NCBI RefSeq assembly: GCF_000315625.1
Contig: NW_005434665.1
Span: 426,882-490,881 of the forward strand
DNA length: 64,000 bases
From: Guillardia theta CCMP2712
Taxonomy: Eukaryota > Protista > Cryptophyta
Direction of reading: 5' to 3'
Under the pieces are notes generated by a model. The model was not told the origin of the DNA, ran no database searches, and saw only the letters and a program-made list of their open reading frames with translations. Positions 1-11,700 of the stretch are shown piece by piece. A program made the position numbers and the translations under genes. Positions within the stretch are counted from its first letter, which is position 1, and each line of letters begins with the position of its first letter.

Positions 1-2563
1 GAAAGAAATGAGAGAGAAAACCTGTTCGCATATTGTCAGCATAGAAGCAAGAGCTACTGAAAAATCGCACTTACATCTGCAGTATCCTTGATGAACTGAG
101 CAGCTATAAGGTATTCGGCAGCTGTCTGCCATGTAATGCCGAGACCGCAGATACCCAGGGCGAGACACAGCACGCTGGTAGGCAGACGTGCGATGAGTCT
201 TCGCAACATTTGCGAAGGCTTAATGCTGTTAAATTTCTTCCCTGCACTTTGCTGCCCAAGAAGCGGAGCTTTCTCTGCTGTCCCCTTCATCTCGTTTGAT
301 AATCAGACAGGTACAGCAATACTCGTGGGTCGCTTTCTCCTCGTTCAGAACCTGATCCCGTACTCGTTCTGCTCTCTGCTTCCTCTCTGTCTTCTCTTAC
401 TCCTTGTTCTCGAACTCTATCACGCGACGGGTTCTCGTCTGATCCTCTCCCTCTACCATCCTCTTCTCATGTACTTCTCTTCCTCTTCCTCTGCCGCTAC
501 CCCGGGCATCGAAGGCTGCGGCATCCAGGCATGACGCATCTCCTTTCAATGAGGCGGACCTGAACAGTCTCGCGTTCATTACTGCCTCATCAAAAAGATT
601 GAGGCGGGCTTGTAAAAACATGAGCGGGGATGAGGTTTCGATCGTGGCCCGTAGCATGGCGGGGCCCGCCAGAAGGCGTTGAGGAGGAGGAGGAGGAGAG
701 GGGGGGAGGGGAATATGCTGGAGACATTTGCGATGTATTCATGCTAGGATGAAAATGTAGGAGAGGCACTCGTTTCTTCCATCTTTGCTTCGTTTTCTGT
801 TCTTTTTCGCCCTGGTGTATGATTTGAATCAGGATCGTTGGTCGTTCGATAGATGATAATTCAAATGTACCCATTTTTGGAGGTCCTTTTTCAAGATGCA
901 TTGTCATCTTAGAAGGAATGTTGCCAAACATAATGTTTGATATGGTTCCTCAATTTTGAGCTGAATGCTTCACCATCTCTGATCATCTTTGGAATTTTCT
1001 GCAGCGTGGTCTGGACAAATCGCCCAAGCTCTTGGGGCAAACACGTAGCCTCCTCCTATAAAGATGGGAAGTGACAACAGAGACAAAGTAGATTTCTTGT
1101 CCAAGTCATCGTTACCTCTTCAAGTATGAGTCTCTTTCATGACATTGAACGTTCGAGCGGCTGACATGCTATCCAGATTTTGATCTTCTTCAACGGTTGC
1201 TACTCGACCTTGTGAAGACCTTGTGACTCGAACTGTTTGAAAGTGACCCTTGCTCAGATTCTTCCTGGTGACACTAGCACTGCTGATCTGGAAAGGAGTG
1301 GAGTTTCCATACCCTGCTGGGAGACTTCCATGGGTAAGTGAAACAGGTGCCACAGCCTTCAAAGATGGGTAATATTGAATGGCAGGAGATCATTCTTTTG
1401 TTTGTCTACATAGTGGTTGAGGTATCTTAGTTGTCTCAATACTATCGTTGACGGTTGTAACGTTTTGCTCCCTAGGCATGTAGACTTTTCATAGGTAAGT
1501 TTTGTCTGACATATTACTGGATCTCTCTCTGAATGTGTTGACAGGGTCAAAGGGGAACAAGACTGAGAATTGGCCAATGATACTCATGCTCATTGTAAGG
1601 AGACACGATGATACTTGTACATCCTTGCGTGAAGATGATCGCTTTCACTGCAGATCTTGTCCTGCTTCAGCGCGCTGGCAAATGTATTCTACATCAATTT
1701 TCAAACCTATGTGTAAGAGTTCTCATGACGGCATCATTTCAATCTTTTGCTGATCGATTTCTAGTCTTCGCTTGGACTTGATCTTCAACTCCATCTCATT
1801 CGCTTTCGTGGGATTGGAGATCATATTTGGAATATTTTCTATTGTGCGATTCGCAAAGTAGCTGGGCTCTGAGTGACAATATGCTGTATGTAGAAAGAAT
1901 TGAAATAAATGTGCGACTTGTTTTCATCTCATTTCTTGTCTTTCTGCATTTCAATCATACACGTCTTTGTCATCTCACTGCATAGCCATCACGGTTGATA
2001 CCTTCCTCACGTGTGTTCCCAATTTCAATCACTAACGCAATTCAATAGCCTTGTATCTTTCTGCAGCGAGGAGCCGTCTCTTGCATGAGAAAGCCTCGAA
2101 GGGAGCAGGAGGAACCGAACAGGAAGAAGCATGCCACTCGTGCCATCCCCTCCTACCAAACATTCACAACCGCAGGATATCTTCTCCCGTCTTCAGAGTC
2201 AATCCAACTCTTGGTCCTCTCACCCTGTCCGCTGGCAGAGCAACCATGATACACATCGAAATCTGCGATGTCCAAGACATGATCTTCCTCGTGACCGCTG
2301 TGCGGCTCCTCCAGAGGAAGTCGGAACAACAATAGTTGAGGCGTCGAGGTAGATCCGTACTTTCATGCCGCCATGAGGCGATGTATGGGAATCATTGAAC
2401 TACCACAGGAGCATACTTGAGAGCTAGTTCGGCTCTTGTCCCTGCTCCAGGGTCCTCCGCTTCCCTCCTGTCTCGTCTTCCTCCTCAGCCCTGCGTCGCG
2501 GGATTTGCATTGCGCGCAGCCACAAACCTTGCGTAAAGGCGGGAACTGGGTTTCATATTTCAT
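1..2563 (-). CDS. Hypothetical multi-exon protein (3' end probably outside the window; could be more than one gene)
   Basis: Minus-strand open segments flanked by GT/AG sites (e.g. MKYETQFPPLRKVCGCAQC, MISNPTKANEMELKIKSKRRLEIDQQ, NTFASALKQDKICSES, FLQARLNLFDEAVMNARLF). No family motif recognised. Confidence 0.3.
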
Positions 2564-2671
2564 TTGCTGACCAGGCGCAGTGGGGGCTCGTTGGGAAGAG
2601 GAGGGTAGGGACGTTCGAGCATAGGGATAGAGGAAGGCGAGAAGGAGAGGGGGCAGTGAAGACGAGCAAGG

Positions 2672-2795
2672 AAGGAGGAGGAGGAGGAGGAGGAGGAGGA
2701 GGAGGAGGAGGAGGAGGAGGAGGAGGAGGAGGAGAAGCAGGAGGAGGAGAAGCAGGAGGAGCAGGAGGAGGAGGAGCAGGAGCAGGAGGAGGAGG
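2672..2795. repeat. (GGA)n/(GCAGGA)n microsatellite
   Basis: Read directly from the sequence. Confidence 0.95.
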
Positions 2796-2903
2796 ATGGA
2801 AGTGGGGTGGAGGATGAAGGTCTGGTGGCATAGAAGGAGCAGGGGGGTTCTTTCATTTCTGACTCATTGTTTTGGATACGATCGTTCACGCTTGATATGC
2901 AGG

Positions 2904-4779
2904 ATGGAGCGCAAGACCGAGGACGACAGGAGTGACTCTAGCGATGAGGAGGAGACGGAGGAGTATTCCCAGCTCTGGTGAGAACGCCCGGTGTTCCCGT
3001 AAGTCCCTCATGCTGCCTCCAGGCAGAAAGTGGAGAAAGTGTTCGAGGAATTTCACTTGTCCCCCTTCGCCATGGCGGCAGCGAAGAAGTGGGTGAAGCT
3101 CATGGCAGACCCGAGCAAGACGAACTTGACGCGGATCCGAGACTGGCTACTCCTCAGGATCAACAACAAGCATCGCGCCCCTCCAGCTTCCAGGTGGCAG
3201 AAAGGCTGCCCCGACCTCGTTCCCGGCCTCCGTGCGCTTCCCTTTTGGGATCGAGGCATGCCTGAGATGGGATGGGTGCGAGAGATTGAGGATCACTTCG
3301 AGGACGTGAAAGAGGTCTGCCCTGATCTTTGCTCTCCTGCTCCCCTGCTCCCCTGCTCTCCTGCTCTCCTGCTCTCCTGCTCTCCTGCTCTCCTGCTCTC
3401 CTGCTCTCCTGCCCTCCTGCTCTCCTGCTCTCCTGTTCTTCGTCCTTCTGCTGTGCTTTCGCATCCTCGTCTTGCTCTTGTTTCTGATCTTGAGCGACAA
3501 AGGAGCTGTTGAATCTGAGGGGCAAGAAAGGCTTCCAGCCATTCCGGCAGGTTGACTGAGGCCAGTTGACCCTTTACTTCGCCTCACAATCCCGCAGCCC
3601 AAGTGGAGCACGAAACTCGCGTCGGATGACGTGCGATAGGAGCGATAGACCTTGAGCCCTGTTGACCCACTACCCTCAGGTTGGAGCAGTGAGCCATGAC
3701 AAGGGGGACTGGAATGTTTTCTACCTCTTCCTGCACAACGAGAAGTGATAGCGTCGCTCCTTGCCGCCTTTCCTCCCCATAAGCTGCCCGCTCAGATTCG
3801 AGGAAAACTGTGCAAAATGCCCTAAGACTGTGGAATTGATCGAGAGAATCGCTCCCAGGTGATGCTGTCCCGCTCAAATGCTCTGTGGGAGCCGGCGGTG
3901 AAAGTTTCACGTTGACAGACAGTACAAGCATGCCTTCTTCTCGGCTCTGAACCCTGGGACTCATGTCATAGCTCACACTGGGGTGAGAGCAATCAATTCT
4001 CAAGCTGCCATCTGATGCTTTCACCAGCCGACCAACAAGAAGCTCCGATGTCATCTCCCTGTCACGGGGGTCGAGGGTAGTCGGCTGCGAGTGGCTGATG
4101 AGGTAAGGCTTCACTGTCTTGAAGAAGTTATGATGTTGATGCGATGTTGCACGACAAACAGGTTCGCGAGCAAGAAGAAGGTGTTTGTTACGTCTTTGAC
4201 GACTCGTTCGAGCACGAGGCCTGGTGAGCTCTTCATGGACCACTTCCTTCCTCATCGTTCCACTCCAGGCATGATGGAACCTCAACGAGGATTGTACTCC
4301 ATTCGCTTCCCCTGCTGTCATCGTTTCCATGAAATTGTAATCCATTCAGGTTTTGATCTTCGACGTTTGGCATCCGGACTTCAGGTAAACCCCTCCCCTG
4401 TGATCGAAGTTGGACCTTATGGAGTCCAACAGCGACGAGGAGGTCAAGTTTCTGGGGTACCTGCAGAAGAGTCAGATGAAGTAGGACCCCTTGATGCTCG
4501 CCTGCTGGGCTGTGCCATGTGATTGAGATCTTTTGCTTCCCCACAGGGAGGAGCAGAGGATGAGCGCAGGTCAAGACAGTGAAGACAATTTCTACAGGTG
4601 GAGCATGCAGTGCATACATGTACCCGTGTTCTTGATCGTGCTCGCAGCCTCCTCAGGAAGACAAAAGATCTCCTGGTGGACGACAGGTCGTCGAAGTCCT
4701 CCCCTGCCGCTCCTCCCTCCCGCTGACCCTCTGCAGCTGGTGGATTGCCCCCGATGAAGCATCAGCTCATGGGAGGTGA
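2904..4779 (+). CDS. Aspartyl/asparaginyl beta-hydroxylase family 2OG-Fe(II) dioxygenase, multi-exon
   Basis: Spliced peptides GLRALPFWD, GDWNVFYLF, ENCAKCPKTVELI, PGTHVIAHTG|PTNKKLRCHLP, FDDSFEHEAW|HDG and LIFDVWHPD are the hallmark Asp_Arg_Hydrox motifs. Exact start and last exon are uncertain. Confidence 0.9.
3330..3435. repeat. (CTGCTCTC)n intronic minisatellite
   Basis: Read directly; lies in the intron after ...FEDVKE. Confidence 0.9.
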
Positions 4780-5852
4780 CGGGGAGCGCGCGGCCTTGAG
4801 AGCGTCTGACGCGATGATGTCTCAAGGAGAAAACATCGAGTCTACGTCGGGGGCCTCGGTTGGATGGACGTTAGCACCGCGGGAGGGGGGGGGGTGAGGG
4901 TACTTCCGAAGGTGAGCGTCTCATGCTGAGTTTGTCGTCGATTGATCCTTGGAGGACAGAAGGCAAGGCCCGAGACATCGATCTACGTGAGTGGGTTCGG
5001 TTTTCATAACATTTCAGAATAAAGTCGTTCCGCTCCTAGTGTACACGCAGTGAGCCAACGTATGCGGAGCTGCTAGTCTGCGAGAGGATGGGCATGCTCG
5101 AGCAAGTCATGGCGGGCTCATGTCTACGAGGCGGGCTCATGCCTCGTCTCTTCCATCTTCATAGGCCATGCTATGATGATGATGACTGCTACTCGTGTGA
5201 TGTGTGTGGATACCCTTCCCAGCCGACTGAGCACGCGATCAAGGGCGAAGTAACAAATGAGAGGTATGAGATTACCGCAGCTTCTCCTGCATAGTGAAGA
5301 CGTCTTTGCCTGGCAAAATCTTCCTTTCCTGAACCCAAAGCGTCAGCTGGACAAACACAGGAAGCACTCCATCATACTTTTCCGCTCTTCCTCCTTCGTT
5401 CCTTTCGGCCTCCAGGGCTTCGGTTCAATCATATTCACCGATCGTGTGGACGATGCAGCACCCATGTTTGGTACTTCCGCTTACCTTATCGTACTTGTGT
5501 TTATGTTTCCATATGACTTCCGTCTCGACATTCACGTCGTTTTCCCTCCTCTTCCTTCGATCCGCCCAGTCTCAAGTTTGCTGCTGTTTGCCTGCACCTT
5601 TCGTCAGGACATATTCCCTCCTTGCTGAGTCACGGAACCCCTACAGCTCGTCCCCCTCCCTCCCTCCTCACTTCATGGCTCATTGTTGCGCTCATGTTCC
5701 GATCCTCCTCTGCCTCCGTCTCATCGTTACCTCCTCCTCCATCCCCTTTCTCACTGCCCATTGCGCCCTAACTTTGACAAGCCCTCGTCCCCACTCACCG
5801 CTCTTGATTGAAGCCCTCATCCCCGCTCATTTCCTGCCATCAACTGCCGACG

Positions 5853-8548
5853 ATGGTGAGGCATGCCCCAAGGACGACCGATGAGTCGCTGGCTGAATAT
5901 GGCAGAGGATCAGACTTGACGGCGCTCTCCCTCCCTCCTCCCTCCCCCCTCCTCCGTCCTCCGTCCTCCATCCTCCGTCCTCCGTCCTCCGTCCTCCCTC
6001 CTCCGTGCTCCCTCCCTCCTCCGTCCTCCGTCCTCGGTCTTCCCTCCATCCTCCATCCTCCGTCCTCCTTCCTCCGTCCCTCCGTCCCTCCGTCCTTCCG
6101 TCCTCCGTCCTCCGTCCTCCGTCCTCCGTCCTCCGTCCTCCGTCCTCCCTCCGCCTCTCCCATCTCTCCTCACCTGCCATCACAGCGCGGTCTGACGGTA
6201 CCCTGACTCGATCTTCCAGGAATTCGAAAACTCCAAGTGGCAGATTTTTGCTGAGGGGGTGAGCATGTCGGTACCTCCTCCACTTCCTTCATGAGTGTCT
6301 TCATGCAGGAGAGTAGCTGGAGTGGCTTAGCAAGAGACATCAACGCCAAGGACAAAGTTGCCATCTATGTGGTGAGTGAAGCTATATCTGCTCTTACCTC
6401 CTACCCCTGCTGCACCCCTGCTCTACATTCTCCTGCTGGCGAGTGAAGGAGCGCGCTCTCAGGCATCTTCGGGAACGGGAGAGATCGTCAAGCTTGTCGA
6501 CCAGGGTGACGGAAGTGCTCAGATCGTGCAGAAAATCCCGACAGGAGGGGTCCCGAGCTCCCTGGCGTTCGACGAAGTTGGGTAGAGCATTACCTGTATT
6601 GCGCTGCATGTGAGGGATGGATGGCAGAGCTATCTTCGTGGGAGACATCGCCTTGAAGTGCATTTTGTCCCATCCTCCCGAAGACTCTGAGTTCCAAGTC
6701 AGCGAGGACTGTGCTTCCACTGCTGGACTGAAACGTGAACCAGGTCCTGGTGTCTGATTACGAGGGCCAGCAGTTCTTCGGGCCCAACAGCCTTTGTTTT
6801 GACAGGTCAGTGTCAAGGCACGTCCTGTAGCAGAAGCGCTGCTCAACCTGACTGCAGCAACGGAACGCTCTTCTTCACTGATAGCGGGCCCATGGGGGAC
6901 ACCAGCCTCTCCAACCCCAAGGTGCTGGGACAAGTGCTGTAGCCGCACGCTTATGCTCTTCTCCTCAGGGGAGCGTGTTCTGCGTTAGCTCGGAGGACCA
7001 GCTGCTGAAGCCTCTGGCGGTCAACTGCCTTGCCCACCCCTCCGGTCAGTGTCAGTCTCCGGTCGCGCCGGGCCCTGGACGGCCGGGCCCTGGACGGCGA
7101 CTGACGGGGAGGATGGAGCAGGGATCGCCGTTAGCCCCGACGGAAGCTGCGTCTACGTGGCTGAGACCATGGCGAACAGAATCCTGAGGTGGGGGGGGGG
7201 GAGGGAAGAGATGAGAGAGGGGAGGAAGGAGGAGGAGGAGGTGAGAGACGGGAGGAGGGAGGAGGAGGAGGTGAGAGACGGGAGGAGGGCGAGAGGATCT
7301 AAGTGACGGGATGAGCGGGAAAAACGAAATGGGAACGGGGGGAGGAGGCAGAGAGGAGCTGGTAATGGGAGGGGCGCAGGTTCATCCGAAGGCCGACGGG
7401 GGTCTACATGTGCAGCGTGTTCCACACGTTCAGCGGGGGGTTCGGGCCTACGAGCCTGGCGTGCGACTCGAAGTCGAACCTCTACGTCTGCAGGTGGGCG
7501 TCGTGATGGAGGAGGCAGGAGGGAGCAGGGAGAAGGGAGAAGGAGGGAGAAGGCAGGAGGCAAGAGGCAGGAGGGGTAAAGAGGAGGAGGGAGGGGGCAG
7601 GAGGCAGGAGGGGTAAAGAGGGGGCGGCAGGAGGCAGGAGGCAGGAGGGGTAAAGAGGAGGAGGCAGGAGGCAGGAGGCAGGAGGCAGGAGGGGTAGAGA
7701 GGAGGAGGAGGGGGCAGGAGGAGCTGCTGGTTGCTAGAAACTCTGAGGGAGTGACTGGCAGGTTCGATTGGGCCAGGGCTGTCACTTCAGAGCGAGATTC
7801 GCAGACGGTAGGAAAGAGCCTTCTTGCCCTGCTTATCCTCACCCTCTCTCCCTCCCTCTCCCTCTCCCTCTCCCTCTCCCCCTCTCCCCCTCTCCCTCTC
7901 TCTCCCCCCCCTCCCCCTCCCCCTCCGTCCCTTCCTCCTCTCCCTTCTCCCCCCCTCCCCAGCCTCCTCATACTTCTCTCTCCCACCACTCTCTGCGCCA
8001 CTTTTGTCCTCCTGCGTCTGCTCGTTCTCATCCCGCAAACCCCGCAGGTGGGAAAGATTGCGGTGCTGGATGAAGAAGGAAGTTTAGTGTCCGAGGTGAC
8101 CGAGCTTCTCTTATGNNNNNNNNNNNNNNNNNNNNNNNNNNNNNNNNNNNNNNNNNNNNNNNNNNNNNNNNNNNNNNNNNNNNNNNNNNNNNNNNNNNNN
8201 NNNNNNNNNNNNNNNTCTCCCTTCTCCCTCCACCCTCCCTCCCTCCTCCTCCTCCTCCTCCTCCTCCTCCTCCTCCTCCTCCTCCTCCTCCCCTCTCCCT
8301 CTCAAGTTCAGCTCGCCCTCTCTTCTCTCTCTCTCATCGCGGAAAGAACCGCTGACGGCAGCCTGTCCATCAGCTGAGAACGCCGGGCCCTGAGGTGACA
8401 GGAATCCTCCTAGTGGAAGAGAACGAGAGGTGAAGGAAGCGTTTGCTCCGCATGCTCCACTCGCTGACATGCTGGCGGCAGTGAATTCCTTTACATCACC
8501 GAGCAATCTACAGGCATGATATACCGTGTATCTGTGGAAGACATCTAA
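5853..8548 (+). CDS. SMP-30/gluconolactonase/strictosidine-synthase-like six-bladed beta-propeller protein
   Basis: Spliced: M|EFENSKWQIFAEG|...GGVPSSLAFDE...DYEGQQFFGPNSLCFD|NGTLFFTDSGPMG...GIAVSPDGSCVYVAETMANRILR|...GGFGPTSLACDSKSNLYVC...GKIAVLDEEG|LRTPGPEVTGI...FLYITEQSTGMIYRVSVEDI*. The first coding exon appears to be only ATG. Confidence 0.85.
5928..6153. repeat. (CCTCCGT)n intronic minisatellite
   Basis: Read directly; it generates the spurious RRTEDGG/PPSSVLR ORFs. Confidence 0.9.
7190..7960. repeat. Cluster of intronic purine and pyrimidine tracts ((GGAGGCA)n, (CCCTCT)n) around short propeller exons
   Basis: Read directly. Confidence 0.85.
8116..8215. other. Assembly gap (100 N) within an intron, next to a (CCT)n tract
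   Basis: Run of N. Confidence 1.
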
Positions 8549-8759
8549 ACGCAAACATCTCTCAACTTCTTCCGATCGTCTCGTCTCCCCCTCCTTCGAC
8601 TTTACCTTTTCCACCTTCTTTGCATCAGGGTCTCTACTTTCCCCTTGCATCTAGCCAGCACCATCCTATCTTCACCCGTCTTCACCTTCTTCTACTCCTG
8701 CATCCTTCACCGTCTCAGACTTCACCTCCTCCTCTCAGTCTCCTTCTCCTCCGCATCCT

Positions 8760-11700
8760 TCAATCCTTGACGAAGTACATCCGTCTCAGCAACTTATCCA
8801 TCGCACATCTTATCTCGTCGATGTCATCTTGGAAGAAAGAGTTCAAATCCCTCCCAGCTCCCAGCGAGTCTGCCATGGCGCAAACAAAGATCCCGCAAGA
8901 GCAGCTGTCCTGTTGCATGGGTATCTGCGACCAGCACATGCTCAGAGAGTCTTCCCTGGTCTCTTGAACCACCACCAGCACGTACCTGTTCGTTCCCCAC
9001 GTAGTTCTTCTTCCACAGCTCCCTGCTCCATCCCCGCGCGTCCCACTCGTGCTGAACAAACGCTGCCGCAAAGGCGTCAACTCGGCACTCGCATGCTGGC
9101 ATCCTTGCCTTCCATGACGCTCAGCCACAAGGCAGGAGTCAAGTTCATCGAGTCGTACAACCTGACGAGGTCGCGATCAGTTGCGAGTGAGTGAGGGAGG
9201 GAGTGAGTGAGGGAGGGAGTGAGGCAGTGAGGGAGGGAGGGAGGGAGGGAGTGAGTGAGTGAGTGAGGGAGGGAGGGAGGGAGGGAGGGAGGGAGGGGAG
9301 GGAGGGGGGGGGTTCGTCCCCGAGAGTTCCACCAACCTTATCGTCAGAGCCTCCAGGTCGACCACTATCATGCTCCAGTGCGTCCCTTCCGCTGCCTTCT
9401 TGTCAAACGTCACGTTGACGGGGATGACGACCCGTTGGTAGTGGCTCCACGTTGCAGGATCGAAGCAGCTCCTCAGCTCGCGGTGGATCTCAGTGTCTTT
9501 CTGCCATGATCGGGGCGTCAGCACATGCCATCCCACAGCAACTTGGTCGAGTTCTGCGCGTCTTGTCTCACAACAAGGACACGTTTGCACATCACGACAT
9601 CGAGACGATCGCCTCCCTGTCTCACCTCTCCTGCATTCCTGCCGAGCAGCAACTTGGTGAAGAAGTGCGTCGAAGCGAAGTATGTCCCCCTTCGTCCATC
9701 GCTCGTGGCGCTCGATTCCGGAGCAGCAGCCGTTGCTCCAGGTCTCTTCCCCTCCCGCAAGATCAGCAGCTGTAAGTAAGCATCGATGATCTGGTCCTTC
9801 AACCAGCGGCCAGGCAGCAGTCCCTTCAGGTCCTCCTCTCTCAACTCCACGGTCGTGATCTTGTTCTTCAGTCCCCCCTCCTGCAATGCTGCTACCAGCA
9901 TCCCCCTCGTATACTTCAGGCTCCCCACCCACTCCTGCAGGAACAGACAACTCGAAGAATCACCAGAGTCCCAGTCCATTCCTGCTCCCGCCGTCCAGTC
10001 CCTTCCTACCAACCCCATCCTGTCTATTCCCTCTGCCTCCCTACCCACAGCACCATCCGCATCCAGCAAGTCAGCCGTTCGCTTCCTCCCCTGAGATTCT
10101 TGAGCCCGTCCTGCAGCCTCCTCTTCCTCCTCCTCCTCCTCCTCCTCCTCCTCCTCCTCCTCTCGGTTCTCTCCCTTCTCCTTCGCTCCACCGTACGGGC
10201 AGGTTCGAGCATTGTGCCCCACGTACCCGCACTTGCTGCACCTGTTAAATCTCCTTCCTTCATACTGCTCCTCTTCTAGATCTGCCACTACCTGACTGCG
10301 CCTCTTTCGGATGCGGATCCGAGGTTCGCCAGGACGCGCCCGCGTACGTCGAGCCTGGTACTTGGGGTGGTGGTAGCCTCCTCTGCTGGGCACTGTAACA
10401 TCCTTCATGCTCGGAATGTACCCCAGAAGAGACTCAGGATCCTCCACTGCCTTGATCAGCGACTGACACAACCAGACTTCGTCGTAGAGCTGCTGGACCA
10501 ACTTCCCTCCCCCCCGCTCCCCGCGCTCCTCTCGCATCCGTTGGAACGCCGCAATGGCATGCGAGCAAGGCCTGGTGGTCAGCTGCCAGTGCGTGCAGGA
10601 GCAGAACTTGTCCGACAGGTTGACGTTGAAAGTCTCTGACGAGCCGTCGTCCATGGTGGATCGGATGCGAACTAACTTGGGGCAGGAAGCACTCCCGACC
10701 ACCTGCAGCCTGGGATAGATCCTCTCGTTCTCCCTGTACTCCTTGGCAATGTCGTCTGAGACGAAGATCGCCTCCTCCCCCGCCTCCATCTTGAGCAGGA
10801 TGTTGGAGTACAGCTCATGGATCCTCTGCAGCGAGCTCATCCAAACCTCCGCCATTGCCTGGAAGAAGTTGAGGGGGTGCGAGGTCTTGCCCATGGCGGC
10901 CCGGAGTCTCGGGTCCTGTCGCTCAGTGAAATGAATCTTTCGGATCCCATACGTCCTCACAGCCTTGATGGTGACCGAGCTCCCTTCCTCGTCTGTCACT
11001 GGGACCTTGGCCAACGCGTACGTGGCCTGGAAGCAGCCGTCCCGGTCAGACTTGTCACAGTACCGGGGGAGAGGAGGAAGAGGAGGAAGAGGAGGAAGAG
11101 GAGGAAGAGGAGGAGGTGGTGGTGGTGGTGGTGGTGCTGGAGGAGGAGGAGGGTCAGGACGTGGACAAGGACGTGGACAAGGAAGGGGAGAGGATTCGGA
11201 GCAGCGTACCCAATGGATGGGAGCTATGCTCTGGATGTACTTCACGGCACTACCGTTCTGCTGTGCGAGCAGGTCGAGAGCATCTTGAAAGTCCTTGACA
11301 GTCCTCGCGGCCTGCCGGGCCTCAACTGTCAGCCCAAGGAGCGGCCGGCAGCAGTATATCCACCTGAGCCCTTAGGACGAGCGCCTCCTGGGACGTGATG
11401 CCCGATTGGAGCAGCGGCTCCTTGCAGTCTACTCCAACAAACGCTTCACACTTCCCACACCACCCTCCTCACTCGGTTCACCTTCACAGTGCCTCCGCAA
11501 GCTGGACAGAAGATGGCGCCCGCAGTACACGACGTCAGCATGCGGCAGCGACTTCTCGACCCCTTCTAGAATGCCAGAGCCCCTGTCGGTCAGGATTGTC
11601 AGGCTCCCCGAGCTAGGGGCCAGCCAAGGGCCCAGCGTCGATCGTTTCAACTCCTCCCACATGAAGCACGCGTTCTCCGTGGTGCCGCCTTCTACAATCT

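Noticed and set aside
4826-5053. RVYVGGLG / KARDIDL peptides resembling an SR-protein RRM after the hydroxylase gene
   Set aside because: The fragments lie in different frames across a poly-G run and no RNP1 motif follows. The region contains an imperfect local duplication (ACATCGA.TCTACGT), so it may be chance or alternative 3' exons.
5037-5725. Possible small minus-strand spliced gene
   Set aside because: Splice-like sites exist, but I could not build a consistent frame or recognise a domain.
5808-6262. Overlapping RRTEDGG/PPSSVLR ORFs
   Set aside because: They are translations of an intronic (CCTCCGT)n repeat.
8549-8759. Search for a left MULE TIR/TSD matching the 13.0-13.8 kb region
   Set aside because: No inverted match or 9-bp duplication found by eye.
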